DNA of 64,000 nt from Lobosporangium transversale. Its lineage: Eukaryota. The stretch lies in NCBI RefSeq assembly GCF_002105155.1, contig NW_019028982.1:1240001-1304000 (forward strand). Direction: 5' to 3'. Positions within the stretch are counted from its first letter, which is position 1, and each line of letters begins with the position of its first letter. The notes under the pieces were generated by a model. The model worked only from the letters and a program-made list of their open reading frames with translations, searched no databases and was not told the origin of the DNA. The position numbers and the translations under genes were made by a program. Below, piece after piece: positions 50,401-63,679 of this stretch.

Positions 50401-51138
50401 CGTGTGTAGGACAGCCCCGCAAGGAACCGTCTTTGAAGACAGAGGCTCATTGGAAGACATGAATAGCAACTCACCTCATATTGCATTATGCTTTAGCTTT
50501 TACAATCATTTCCTGTTGGCTGGATGACATCGTATGAAATCTCGCGTCAATATAGCCAGCTGAAGGAAAAAGTACAGAAACAAGGAAAGAAACCAGATGA
50601 TTCTGCCAACAACGGAGTACCCATTGGAAAACCCAAGCCCATACTTTCAGGGAATTCAGGACCAAGATCGTCCATTCACACCACTGCTGCGCGAAGTGCA
50701 ATCCCATCGTCATCTACGGGTGCTACTGCTGATACAACGGTGAGTCCTTCTACTGTGGCGTCGACAGGATCGAGCTCTGCCCAGAACCTCACATCACCAA
50801 CAACGGAGCTAGGATCTCCCTCAGCACCTGCGCCGGGATCATTGGCAGTCTCTGCAGCAACGGTTGGACTTGACGGACCCATTGAAAACCATCGTATGTC
50901 TAGCCCATCCAGATCACCCTTGATAACACACCGCCCTATTCAAGTGCCCGAGGCTGTCAGTCCAGTGCCCCAACATTCTCGATCTCAGCATGGCCCGTTT
51001 GCGGGAGGTCCAGCATCCAGCTCTAGTTCGAACGATATTAGCAAAAAAAGAAAGAATCTTGATGAAGGTAGGGTGATTTTTACATTACAATCTATTACAA
51101 TTGAGATAGGACGTTACATTAAGAATGCTTTTTTTTTT

Positions 51139-51182
<44 letters not shown>

Positions 51183-51897
51183 ATCTTGCTTGCTTTCAGC
51201 CTCGATCTCAATGTATGGAAGTGGATCAAGTCATGATCCTTTGTTCATTGATGAATCAGGATATGATGAGTCTCTTAATCGTCGTGGTTATCGACAGAAT
51301 AGTGGGAGCCTTACAGACTATGTACGGCCCTCCTCGTCTAGTCCGTCCATAAGTTCGATTGGACAGCCGATGTATGCTGTTCCGAATGAGAGTACTAAAA
51401 AGAAGAAGGTTGCAGATCAAAGACATGCAGTTTTATCTAGTTCCAATCATCGTGGATTGAGTACATCGTACTATCAAGAGTATACGGACTATCCGGAATA
51501 TAAAGAGTATTCAGAGTATCAGGACTATCCTGGATCTAGAGAGTCATCTATATATCAGTCGCAGCGCCACCCTGCATCGCCACCTCAGAATTACCCAGGA
51601 CATGGATCACTTGGCTATCCTGGTTCACGGGCTCAACATTCACATTATCAGCATGAAGTGCCGCCAGATCCCTATTATCATCGGCATGTTTCATCTCCAG
51701 GGTCTTCACCAGGAGGAGGAGGAGGAGGAGGAGGAGGAGGAGGTTATTCTTCATCGGCACATCCGACTAGTGCATCAAGAGCTATGCAGCATCAACAGCA
51801 ACAAGGGTCTTCATTAGGGAGTCCATCGAGTGGATCTGCATCGAAGGCAATGTCGATGAACAACCTCTTGCACCATCCTTCACATCATACGCGCTGA
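47425..51897 (+). CDS. HPC2: Hpc2/ubinuclein HIRA-complex subunit (multi-exon; start uncertain)
   Basis: HUN domain HYDIEDEFIDDSE...EGFFAYRG in exon ~48415-48581 after an acidic tract. Middle domain KFPPHIKEPL...VFPYNKFTL, KFPWTQDLR, GWMTSYEI. Confidence 0.78.
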
Positions 51898-52899
51898 AGA
51901 TGGGATTGAGGAAAATGACAACAACCCTTTTGCATTAAACACGATCAATAGTTTTTGATTTATTTAGGCATCTTGTAAGATATTCTCTCATTTAAAGAAA
52001 AAGAAAAAGAAAAAGAAAGATTGAATCAATATATTTGATGTGTACGACATGTTGAAGGATGAAAGATGGCTGGTTGTAAAAAAAAGAAAAAAAAGATTTT
52101 TTTAAATCCTCGTAAAACAACGTGAAGGATAATGTCCTAAAAGGGTATTCTAGGAAACGCGCAGAAATTTAAAGTTGTTAGTTATTTCCTTGGGAAGACA
52201 ACAGTAAAAAAAAAGAAAAAAAAAAAAATAATGAATAAAAAGCCTTTTATTAAGCAAGGGTTCAATCCCGCAATCTATCGACCTTCCAGACGTTACTTGC
52301 TTTAGAGATAAAAGTAAAAACACACACATTTATGCAAGTGTGTTGCCTTTCTTTCCAAAAAGGATTTTTTTTCTTTTTTTTACTTTCCACGTTGCGTTGT
52401 CTGACCTTCTTTTGCACATCAACGGAACAAAGTATATACCACAGATTCGTCTTTGCTTTGTTAATCGAAATAACAATTAAAGAGACTAAACAAAGCAGCT
52501 TTGTTCCCCTTTTTCTCTTTGTCTTTTTCCTTATCCTTCCTTTTCCTCTTTTGTCTTTTTCTTTTTCTTTTTCTTTTTTTTTTAAATCTTTTATTACTCC
52601 ATTTATTCCTTCCTTAAGCATCGTTAGGAGCTGATTAGTAATTTCACCATAGAAAACAAGAAAACAAGAAAACCAAAAAAAGGAAAAAAAAAAAAAAAAG
52701 TGATTCTCTCAACACCTGATCAAAAGAAAAAGAAAAAGAAAAAGAAAAAGAAAAAGAAAAAGAGTGTTGTCTGATCTTGTCTCCACATTCGACCAAACTC
52801 AATCTCATTTCACTGGGTGCTCACCATTTCCTTATTGCCAACAACTTTATATTCGTGTTCAACAGATTTAACAAAGAACACCGTAAAAAGAAACACATA

Positions 52900-55800
52900 A
52901 TGCCGCCCACGCGGAAGAAGAGCACGACAGCCAAAGGCACAGCTTCGATTGTAGAGGGACTCTCATTTGACAACAAAGAGGAGACCATGGCAGAGATCCT
53001 TGGCAGATTAGAGAACCTTAAAGACAAAAGGTACTAATTGCCACCAGTCGCTTCGACCTCCTTCCTCACACCCTCCACATTCAAAAAGAAAAACAGAAAG
53101 GAAATGTTTTTGGACGATCTCTCCGAACAATGTGGACTCTTGGGCCCTAGGACTATACACAGGCCATCTCACACTCTTTTTTTTTTTTTTTTTTTTTTTT
53201 TTTGTTGTGGTTCTACATAGTGGTCGGTCTATATCAGAACTGTTTCTGACCCTGCCAGAGCAGGAGGACTACCCTGATTATTACATGATCATCAAGTCTC
53301 CAATTGCATTCGACATGATTAGGGTATGTCTTCATTCTTGTGCATTTGCAATTGCTTTGTTCCCCCACTCTCTCCCCTTTTCTCTTTTTATTTTTTTTTA
53401 TAGTTTTTACGTGTTTTATGCCATATCTTTCTTGCCCTTTTCAAACCATGAGCTGCATTCCTATTACTATCATTACTACCATGATTATTAAACGGTGGTT
53501 ATGCCCTCCTATGATTGTCACAACCTGATTTTTACTGCATCGAAAAGTGTTGTGGAGTAAAAAAAAAAAAAAGTGTTGTACAAGCTTTTGAAATTCTAAT
53601 GCACTTTCTGTGTGATTTAGGACCGTTTGAAAGCTGGACAATATGCAGGCGACAATCTGGATGACTTTGGCAAGGATCTGAAGACGATGATCAGCAATGC
53701 CAAAACTTATAACCGCGAAGGCTCAATGGTTTATAGAGATGCCACAGTACTCGAGGTAACAATAAAAATGAAAAATAAAATTGATAAACGGATATATACT
53801 CTAATTACAACGAGTGGCAAAACTAAATTATCCTCCGTTCTTTTTTTTTTTTTTTTCCTTTTCTTTCTTTCTTTGTTTCTTTGTCAATAGAGTTATATTG
53901 ATGCTGTCATAAAAGCATTAAAGGGTGACAGTTCTCATATTAAAATAGAGGTACAAATGTTCAAGTCTCCAACACCACGGTGCTCTCTTTCACTTTTCTT
54001 GTTTAATTAATATCTAACTAGGCAACAACATCATTTCATGTTACTTTTTAGTTTTCGCCAGAGTTTTGCCAACGTGTCTTGGACACAATCAAGTATCACG
54101 AGGATAAAGAGTAAGTCGTATTCAAATATAGCCATTGTCACCAAGCTTCATATGCGTACATCTTTTATCTCCTTGACATCTTATTCGCTGTATGGTCATT
54201 ATGTGTAGTGGACGACAAGTGGCCGAACTATTTATGGAGTTACCGAGCAAGGACGACTATCCGGATTATTATGATGAGGTATAGCCACAATAAATGAGAC
54301 TATCACCCGTTGGTTTTTAATGACGGTCCTCTACCCTTCTAGGTATTAATCAATCCATGTGCCTATATTGAAATAGATTTCTAAACCAATTGCGATCAAC
54401 ATCATTGAGGAAAAAATTGCTCGGGGCGAGTATACGAAAATGGAGCTGTTTGAGAAGGATATGAACCAAATGTTTGACAACGCAAAGATCTATAACGCAG
54501 AGGGCTCAGAGGTTTATTCGGATGCAGAAACATTGCAGGTGAGCTAACAGTTTCTTTTTTCCTTTCAATATATCGATATATGTAATAGCATGATAGTATC
54601 TCTTATTTCTGCTAACTCTCTACATGAATTTTTTTTTTTTATTTTTTTTTTATTATTATTATTTTATTTTATTTTATTTTTCTAGCATTTATTTTGGAAA
54701 ACTATCGGTAAAAACGGTCGTGGGCGTCATATGAAGGGAAAGGTGCAACGGAAGCACAACACATTGCTACCAGAGATTGTTCATCAAGGCGAGACTTATA
54801 GAGTTGGTATGCATTGTTTATTTCAGGCTTGCTTGGACGATATATAGATTAATGATCGTTTCAATTATTGTTTCTAACTTTTTTTCTTTTTCTTTTTCTT
54901 TTTCTGTAGGTGATTTTGTACATATCCAAAACGATGTTGAACCATCCAAACCAACTATCGGGATTATTTTTAGTATTTGGCAAGATGATAAGTATGATAT
55001 GATTTATGACAACTTGACTGATATTAAGCCCTGTAACAAGTTTACTTTTTATTCATCATATCATTATTTTTTTTTTAAAAAAAAAAAAAAAAAAAAAAAC
55101 CAACGTTCATTGTATTTCCTTATTATAGAGGCATCAACGGGATAGACGCAGCTTGGTTCTTAAGGCCAGAACATATTGTACATCCTTATGCGAGTCGCTT
55201 CTATCCGTCAGAGGTGGTGAAATCATCGGGAACTCATGAGCATTTGGTCAGTGACATTTTAGGACGGTGCTATGTTCTTCAGACAAAGGATTATATTCGT
55301 GGACGTCCTGTCGGTTGGAAAGAAGGCCAGTATATCTATGTTTGTGAACAACGGTACAATGAATCATACAAATCAGTCTCAAAGATAAAAAATTGGGCGA
55401 ACTGTCTTCCACCCGGTCATAAACCTGGAGATATCGAACTGAAGCTTTATCCACAACCATTGGTTATAAAAAAGCTTCCTGGGGCTGCCAGGATGAATAA
55501 AACTTCCAAGAGAGGTACAAGTGAGCCAGTTTCGCGAGCTAGCTCCCCTCGGGATTATTCATCCGCATACGCAACATCCAGAGAAGCCACACAGACCCCA
55601 GAACCTGAACTTGAGCCTGAGTCTGAACCTGAACCGGAGCCTAAACCCAAACCCAAACCCAAACCCAAACTCAACCTCAATCCCAACCCCAACCCCGAGC
55701 CTGAAGCAGAACTGGAGCCAAAGCCAGAGCCTAAACCAGAACCAAAGGTGACAAAGACATCAAAGGCTATGAAACGCAAGTCAGCTCAGATGCTTGGAGA

Positions 55801-57328
55801 ATCATCACCATCAATGGCCCCTCTAGAAAAGAAAGATACTACACCAGTCCGTTCACAACCACGGCTCTCCTCCCCACCACAACATCGATACCGCTGCAAC
55901 TACTCTAATCTGTCCACTAAACTCCAGTGTGCAGCGTAAGTGGAAGGCTCTATGATAATATGATAGTATGATAGTGTTATTGGTCTACATGTTTATAAAG
56001 TTCAATGTCTTCTTACATCATATCTGGATCGTATTTGTAGAACATTCACGAGTGAAGCAGACCTTCAACAACATGTCACGGATGAACATGTGAGCACATT
56101 GTCAAATATCAATCCTGCCCCATCACTCAAGAGAGGAAGGCCCAGAAAGTCTCCATCTGATGCTGATCCGAATGCTGCGCCATCTCCTGTGCCGATGTTG
56201 GTAACAGAACCCTACCAAGCAGTGTCTACAACGATTGATCAATCTACTTATCAGCAACCTGGGTATAGTAATTATGGAGCAACAGGGCAATACCCAGCCA
56301 CTACCCCATCTCGACCAACAACCCCAAGCGATGTCCTTGCTGGTCAAAACATGTATTCAAGCGCAGTATATCCAACATCATCACAACAACAACCACAACA
56401 ACCACAACAACCACAACAACCACAGCAACAACCACAACATCAGTCAATGCAGTACATGCATCAGCAGCACCAACGTGGAATGTCATATTCTCAGCAAGCA
56501 TATGATCAATCAATTCCATCAGGATATTCCAGGTCGCAAGGTTATGCACAAACTGTGCCTCATAGTCAAGGCTACGCATATGGACAACCTTACCCTATGC
56601 AGCAGCAGCAGCAACAACAGCATTCTCCTAATCAACCATACGCCTTCAATCAGACGCAGTACTACCAGCAGAGCTATGCATCCCAAGGATATCCTTCCCA
56701 GCAACAGAATGCATACTCTTACGCTTATTCACAACCCTATAGTGCGTCGCCTCATGGCTATCCACAGCATCAAAACTACGGTCCGGAACAACAAAACCGC
56801 CATCTATCATCCTCCGTGCCATCTGACCATCAACAACAGCTTGTTCAGCAGCAACGTCTTGTTCAACAACAACAGCTTGTGCAGCAGCAGTATTTGGCTC
56901 AACAGCAACAGCTTGTACAACAGCAGAAGCATATACAGCATTCACATCAGCACTCACCTTCACACCCTGGATACCATCAACGAGGTATCTCTCAATCCTA
57001 TCCGGTGCAACCACAGCAACAACAACAGCCCTATCCATCCCAGTCACCTGTCTCTATTATTGCATCTCAGCCATATGCAAGTGTGAATCCACCATATCAA
57101 CAACAGGCCTATCTTCCACCAACGTCAGTGGCATACAATAGTGGACATGGGGCATCCTTGTCGAACGCATCATCGCATGGATCGGCCTCTACACTGACCA
57201 ATGCTATGGAGGGTATTGGTCTTGGTCTTTCGGGTGTGACAAATGCAGATCATGGAAGGGTTAGAACATCAATGGTGGCAGCAGATGGTACTGCTACGAC
57301 GTCCACCTTTAATTCACCAACCATGTAG
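52900..57328 (+). CDS. RSC1: Rsc1/Rsc2/polybromo-like chromatin remodeller subunit
   Basis: Two bromodomains (LFLTLP..EDYPDYY..IKSPI, NAKTYN; LFMELP..DDYPDYY, NAKIYN), BAH domain ([23 protein letters not shown]), C2H2-like finger, AT-hook KRGRPRK, Q/Y-rich tail. Confidence 0.82.
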
Positions 57329-57524
57329 TGTAGTACAGCATTAAAAAAGATGTTTTAATTCCAAAAAATAAAAATAAAAAATAAAAAAAAAATAAAAAAA
57401 AAAAAAAAAAAGAGAGAGCAGGCTGGCTTGATATTTCTATTCTTAATGAATGCTGTGCTGTATGTACATGTACAATGTCAAAGCCCCATGGTTCAAAGCT
57501 GTGTCATTCTTTTAATATCGAATG

Positions 57525-57561
<37 letters not shown>

Positions 57562-59180
57562 CTAGTGTAACAGTCATTACCAAAGATGATGTTGAATGTT
57601 TTTGCGTAAAGAGCGTCAATTGAAGTCATTGGAACAGCCACAGCCACAGCCAAGAGTCATCACATTGGGAGTAAGCTTTCCCGAATCCCAGTGTATGAGC
57701 ACAGAAGTAGAGAGAAAAAGCCCATGTAACTGAAATGGATAGATCCAATTACGAAGCATGGCACAAGTGTGTTGGCGTCATTGTTGGATGATGAGACAGT
57801 TTTTACACTCCTGCGAACGTTTACGTTAACGGATGATGCGAAATAGCCTTTTTAGACCATTCACTCTAGTACATGTACTTGGACTAGCTCAATACGGCTG
57901 TATTTTTTTTTTTTTTTGCCGTTGTAAATATCATCCTCTCCTATGAAATAAATTTTTTATATAATATCCATTCATTTAGGTTGGATTATGACTTTAAATT
58001 TTATTTTATTTTTTTACTTTCGTCATTTATTCACGATGACACCTCCGTATCTAATGCAGATGTGTCTCCCTGATGACCAAATGCTTGTCAAACAAATGAT
58101 GATTATAAGAGACTTTGCTACTCCTTGGTGACAACATCTCTTTTTCAGACTATGGAAACGATATAATGATCAGAAAGCGAAGATAGTAGAGAACTAGGCA
58201 TAGTATAGTAAAGTAACGTGCTGGAATGCTAGGATTAACTTTGCGCCGCTGTAGTTTATAATAAAACGCAAGCCCCTTCTCTTACCCTCTTTTTTTGCCC
58301 TGCCACTCCGCCGGCTGCTGCTCTTGTAACACCCAAGATGCGGAATTCTTTTTTACCAGAGAAAGTCAGGAAAAGTACATTAGGAGAGCATTCGTGTCTG
58401 GCTAGGCCTTGTTTGAATAACCATAAAAGGCACTTTTATCCTGCAGAGAAAAAGGCCAAAGCGAGTAATGCATTCAACAAAAATGCGAACGAGTGTTACA
58501 AATTAAAAATTAAGAAAAGTGATGAGAATATCGAGTCAAGGAAGATGGATCAAAAAATATGCGAATATGCATGAGGCATCAATGACAAACAAATAAACAA
58601 AAACCAAAAACGACGATGAATTAAGAGACCATTATTGAAAGGGATCGTCAATTTAAAAAGAAAAAACGTATTCGTTCTAGATATATCTGTCTCTATAAAC
58701 TAAAACTCACACGAGCATAATAGAGCATCATTACATCTTCATGAATCTGTCCATAAAAGACCAGCCCTTTTTCACAATCACCATAAAACCTGAATAAACC
58801 AACTCTTTTTAACCTTTCTTTCTTCGGCTCTCTCTCTCTTTTTAAGCTTTTTGCCACCATCTTGCTATTGTCACACCAACCCGTCCTTTCTTCCGCATTC
58901 CATTACATCTCTTTCTTTCATCTCTCTCTATCTTTCCAACTCTCTCTCTCTCTTTCTAACTTTCTCTCTCTCTTTCTATATATCTATATATCTCTTCCCC
59001 CCCTCTTTCTTTCCTTTCTTTCTCTCTTTCTCTCTTTGTCTGCCACTCTTGTGTTTTTCTCTCATTAATATTGCCATCCATTACCTTTCTCTCCCTTTGC
59101 CATTACACATACATCTTTTTTTTTTTTTTTTTTTTTTTCTTTTTTTACATTACTATTATCATTACCAGTAGCTTCACACT

Positions 59181-60059
59181 ATGCCATTTACATTTAGTCG
59201 TACAGAACACGCAAGACAATTGCGTGTTAAAGACCCCACACTCTGGACTCTGTTCACCATTCGCAAAATCATCTGCTTCAGTGCCATTCTATGCCTTATC
59301 CTCCAAGCCATTGGTATATTGTTGTCCGCGATGCTTGGCACAATCGCCCTTGTCACGCCCTCATTACTCTTCCTTGATCTCTGCATCATCATGGGCATGG
59401 TCGGCACCCTCTATCCTGACACGGAATTCTGGTGCCGAAGAAATAGGATCTTGGCATCGTTTACAATGACAACAGCACTCACTGCTTTCTCATATGTGTC
59501 TACTTCAGCAATCCTAAAGGACGTATATCTTCTCTCCAAAGGTGAAAAGTACCTCAGCCTCGTGGTCTGTGGGATCCATTATATGATGTGCGTCCTCTTG
59601 GCCATTGAAGGCTTTCTAACAATTCAAAAGAGGGAGGATGAAATCGAGTCTGCGCACCTCGAGCTATTGGAGCTGGGCCATGGTCAACCTCGCTGTCATC
59701 CATCGACTCAACCTACCGAGCCATCCCGGGCCTTTATCTATCAGCCAAACATCCCTCAAAGAGGTCAATTGGGAGGTCAAGGCCAAGAAGAGATTGCAAA
59801 TCAGCAAGAAAAGGAGGTTCTCCCAACATATACACGCCATCAGCCTTCTGATCAGCCAAAGTTCTGTATCATTGACATGTCGAACCAGCTGCAACAACAG
59901 CAGCAACAACAAGAGCCACATTCATTACCCGCATATGAAGAATCCAGGACAGGAAGAGCTTTAGGATCAACACCTACACAACCTACACAATCTACACAAT
60001 CTACACAACCTGTACCAGTAGCACAGTCGACATTTGAAGATGTACCACTACGCATGTAA
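59181..60059 (+). CDS. Multi-TM membrane protein with LPxY motifs
   Basis: About four hydrophobic segments; tail has YQP, LPTY, IIDMSN and LPAY. Confidence 0.72.
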   Translation: MPFTFSRTEHARQLRVKDPTLWTLFTIRKIICFSAILCLILQAIGILLSAMLGTIALVTPSLLFLDLCIIMGMVGTLYPDTEFWCRRNRILASFTMTTALTAFSYVSTSAILKDVYLLSKGEKYLSLVVCGIHYMMCVLLAIEGFLTIQKREDEIESAHLELLELGHGQPRCHPSTQPTEPSRAFIYQPNIPQRGQLGGQGQEEIANQQEKEVLPTYTRHQPSDQPKFCIIDMSNQLQQQQQQQEPHSLPAYEESRTGRALGSTPTQPTQSTQSTQPVPVAQSTFEDVPLRM

Positions 60060-60622
60060 CTTTTAGTTTCATATCACATAAAACAGATAGCCCGTCATTC
60101 TTGTACAATATATATTTATTTAAACATCGCAATCGGTCTTTTACACCCTTTTGTACTTTTACATGTGCCCTCGCTTACATTCCGCTGATATATGACTATA
60201 GGTATTCCCGGTAACATACGAGAGGCGGTGCTCTGGTTAATAAAATGGTGGAGAAGAATAAAAGTGGATTTGCATTAGGTTGCACAGCAGCATCAGGTTT
60301 TGGGAGCAAACAAAAAAGGTTCATTTCTCATGCTCATGTCAGAGCATGTACATGTAGATAATCGTCATCTGAGGACTCAACGACAGTTCGCCCTCGTCTC
60401 CATTTTTTTTCTTTTCTTTTTTTTTTTTTTTTTTTTTTTTCTTCTTTTTTTTCTTACTTTTGAACATGTACATGTACTTTTTGTTTTTTTTCCCCCCTTC
60501 CATCGTACCCAGTTCCACCCCCTGTCTTTCCGTTACCTTAGTATTATGCAAATACTCGACGCTCAATCATAGGACTAAAAAGGACCGTTCCCAAACCACA
60601 CAACCTCCTCTTCCTCCTGACA

Positions 60623-61528
60623 ATGGAGTATCAACATAATACGCCCCTATTCCCATTGCCTGTGTGGACTCTCCAGATCCCCATGGCCTCCATCCTTGTT
60701 GTTGATTTTTTTCTTCAGATTGCTTCAGGGAGTTTGATATCAGATTCTCCAGAAGGTGATGGCGATCAGGACGACTTCAAAGACATTGATTCGAATCCAA
60801 GGACTATATTTTCGATTGTTCAAATCATCGCCATCGTTGCCACTATATGCCTCTATAGTCTTTTCATATATCCTAATACATTCAGAGATGGTTATTGTTG
60901 TATTTGCACTTGTCTTCAAAAGAGAAAAGATGATGTCCCCTCGTCTCTTTTCCCTCCTATCCTCTCTTCATCTGCGACCATAACCAGTACTCCTACCCCA
61001 GAGCAGGAGATAGGGGCAAGGGCAAAGTATAAGAGGCGCGAGAATCAGCGAATATGGATAACGTTGATGTTGGCCTCCGTCTACCTTTTTTTCGTGGTTC
61101 AAACAGCTTACGATATCTGGCGCTTTGAAGGAACAGATGGAGTGATTGGATGGGTGACCCTTTTTTTGAACCTAGTCATGGTGATGCTACTGGCCTTTGA
61201 CTGTCGTTTGCAATGTCAAAACCAACAGAGGTATGATTTACAATGGCAACAACAACAACAGCAACAGCAGCAGCAACATCGGATACAGATGGACCAAGGA
61301 GACTTGCAGAATCATTACCGACATGGATATCAGCTACAGCACCGGCATCCGCATTATCCGTTGACAGAATTATGTGCCTCTGTTGGAGGTGATGCATCTC
61401 GTGCAGACACAACGATAGGAGATTTACCAAGATATGAACCTACAATCAACTCTAACAATGACGAGCGCAACAATGGAAGCGGTAGTGATAATAGTAGAAG
61501 TGGTAGAGGCAGCAACGGGGAGCATTAA
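60623..61528 (+). CDS. Four-TM membrane protein with LPxY motif; may extend to 61634
   Basis: Four hydrophobic segments, poly-Q, LPRY. Confidence 0.68.
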   Translation: MEYQHNTPLFPLPVWTLQIPMASILVVDFFLQIASGSLISDSPEGDGDQDDFKDIDSNPRTIFSIVQIIAIVATICLYSLFIYPNTFRDGYCCICTCLQKRKDDVPSSLFPPILSSSATITSTPTPEQEIGARAKYKRRENQRIWITLMLASVYLFFVVQTAYDIWRFEGTDGVIGWVTLFLNLVMVMLLAFDCRLQCQNQQRYDLQWQQQQQQQQQQHRIQMDQGDLQNHYRHGYQLQHRHPHYPLTELCASVGGDASRADTTIGDLPRYEPTINSNNDERNNGSGSDNSRSGRGSNGEH

Positions 61529-62378
61529 CGGCATCAATGACATTAATGGTGAAGACTTTAGTAACAATAGCCAGACAGAAGGACAAGCATGTTCACATCA
61601 ACCTCTTGCTCTGCCATGCTATACTCCAGAATAAAATAAGAGTATAAATACCTTATCACTAATAAACTCGTCTTGTATAATGGTTGTTGCATGATTGCAT
61701 GATCGCATGAAGAGCAGAAACAGAACAAAAGGAACAAAGAAAAGGAGAAGTATAAGAATACAAACAAAAGGCTGTTGTTTGTTAGTCCATCTTTCAACCA
61801 CACCGACAACATTGCATACACACATAAAAAGAAGGTGCTCCTTTTGAGTACATGTATATACATGTAAGTTGGTTGTTTGTAAAAAAAAAAACTCAGGAAC
61901 AGAATCGTTGTACAAAACAGTCAACAGACATTGCGCATATCAGAACAGACTTGTTTATATTTCCTAAGCGCGAAGTTTGCGTGTGTGCGCAAGGGCAGAG
62001 GAGCAACCTTTTTGCGACAAAAGAAAGTTCTGGTGGATTAGTGTAGTTGATCGACGCAAGGTGACGCGTGGAAGTTGCTGTCTGTCTTTATTGACATGTC
62101 AACATGTCAAATGCAATGAATGCCTCATGGTTTTAAAGGCCCTTTGTCTTATTCAGCAAGTGAAACATTTTTTTTTTTATTTTTTTATTTTTTTATTTTT
62201 TTAATTGTCCATTACTATGTTGTAGTTACACATCTTTCATTCTTACCTTCACTTCTTTCATTGAACTTGTCTTCTTTCCTTGAACTTGTCATTCACTCAA
62301 TCATTTCACTTTTTTCTCTTCCTCAGCACAGAAACACACATTTAAATATATATTTTCTCACAAGCTTGGCTTTGTGAT

Positions 62379-63548
62379 ATGCCCTTTCGAATCTCGCTTC
62401 CATCCCGCAACAGCGAACGCTCTGCACCACAGCAGCGTGTGAACAACCCTTCCACAGAAGGCTCCAGAGGATGGGCAAGGCTCTATCCATACCTCCGTGC
62501 ACTTCGTCTCATCATTGGTGTCCTTGCCTTGACCAACTTCTTACTCCTCGCCATTGCCCTTCGCTTTACAGACAATAATAACGACAGCGAAGACATATCT
62601 TCGACGGATTTCCAACAAATTGTCATCAACGGCGGACTCTTTATCGCTTGTCTCTATTCTTCTTTTGGAAAAGCATCCTTGTCATCCAACTACAGGTTGG
62701 TAATGATTTTCATTGTCATTGCCATGTCCCTTATCTACACTATATCACTACTGGTCAGGATTCAGAGACGAGGAGGTTGTGGCTCCAAGTATTATTCAGA
62801 AGTCGTCACTCGTTGCATCACACAGTACATCATTTCAGGGATCGAGCTCTTGTGGACAGTGCTGTTGTTTTGTGATGGTATCATCTCCTATCATCAATCA
62901 GGAGACTCGGATTGGCAACTCAGACAGCGCATGCAAGAAGAGGAGCGCACGTTGGCATCTGCGGTACGTTACCAGCCAGACTTGTCTCTCTATGGAAATG
63001 GCAACAACGACAGCAATAATAATAATAATAATAATAATGTGATCAATAACCGGGACATTGAAAATGCAGGTCCTAGCGCAGTGGAAATGGAACCATTGCC
63101 TGCATACAATCCCAGGCCCACAAAAGACCAACCTCGCATTATCGACATGTCCAACATGTCTGTTTTAGAGGAAGCACCAGATTATTATGCTCCTGGAGCG
63201 ACGACAATCCCACCGCCTGTTGATTTGTTTGCTCCTGATCTTGGATTTGGATCCACATCTGCTTCTACTTCTACTTTTACTACTTCTCCTTCATCTGCTA
63301 TCGCAGGACCTTCAGCACAGCCCAGGTCAACGATATCAGGTTCAGCCGAGACAACGGCAACAATGCCAGTGTCCATAACTACAATCCCAATCCCAATGAC
63401 AACAACAGAACCAGAACTACACCCAGCGCCAGGGTCAGAGAGAGAGTCAGAAAGAGAGTCCGAGAGAGAGAGAGAAACAACAGTTACAACGTCAATATCC
63501 ACAGAACCTGTAGTATCATCTGTCAATCTTTCTTCACATGTGCCTTAA
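62379..63548 (+). CDS. Four-TM (MARVEL-like) membrane protein with LPxY motif
   Basis: Four TM segments with a C..C loop; tail has YQP, LPAY, IIDMSN and APDY. Confidence 0.72.
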   Translation: MPFRISLPSRNSERSAPQQRVNNPSTEGSRGWARLYPYLRALRLIIGVLALTNFLLLAIALRFTDNNNDSEDISSTDFQQIVINGGLFIACLYSSFGKASLSSNYRLVMIFIVIAMSLIYTISLLVRIQRRGGCGSKYYSEVVTRCITQYIISGIELLWTVLLFCDGIISYHQSGDSDWQLRQRMQEEERTLASAVRYQPDLSLYGNGNNDSNNNNNNNNVINNRDIENAGPSAVEMEPLPAYNPRPTKDQPRIIDMSNMSVLEEAPDYYAPGATTIPPPVDLFAPDLGFGSTSASTSTFTTSPSSAIAGPSAQPRSTISGSAETTATMPVSITTIPIPMTTTEPELHPAPGSERESERESERERETTVTTSISTEPVVSSVNLSSHVP

Positions 63549-63648
63549 TTTATAAATGTATTATGTATTGTATATCCTTATTATTGTTTGTCTAGCCATT
63601 CAAACGTCCATGCCCATGTACATGTACATGTACATACACAAAGCATCG

Positions 63649-63679
<31 letters not shown>

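Noticed and set aside
3259..57328. DNA repair/chromatin gene cluster (Artemis, photolyase, NSE1, Cnl2, Hpc2, Rsc1)
   Set aside because: Interleaved with unrelated genes; no shared regulatory signal seen; plausible by chance.
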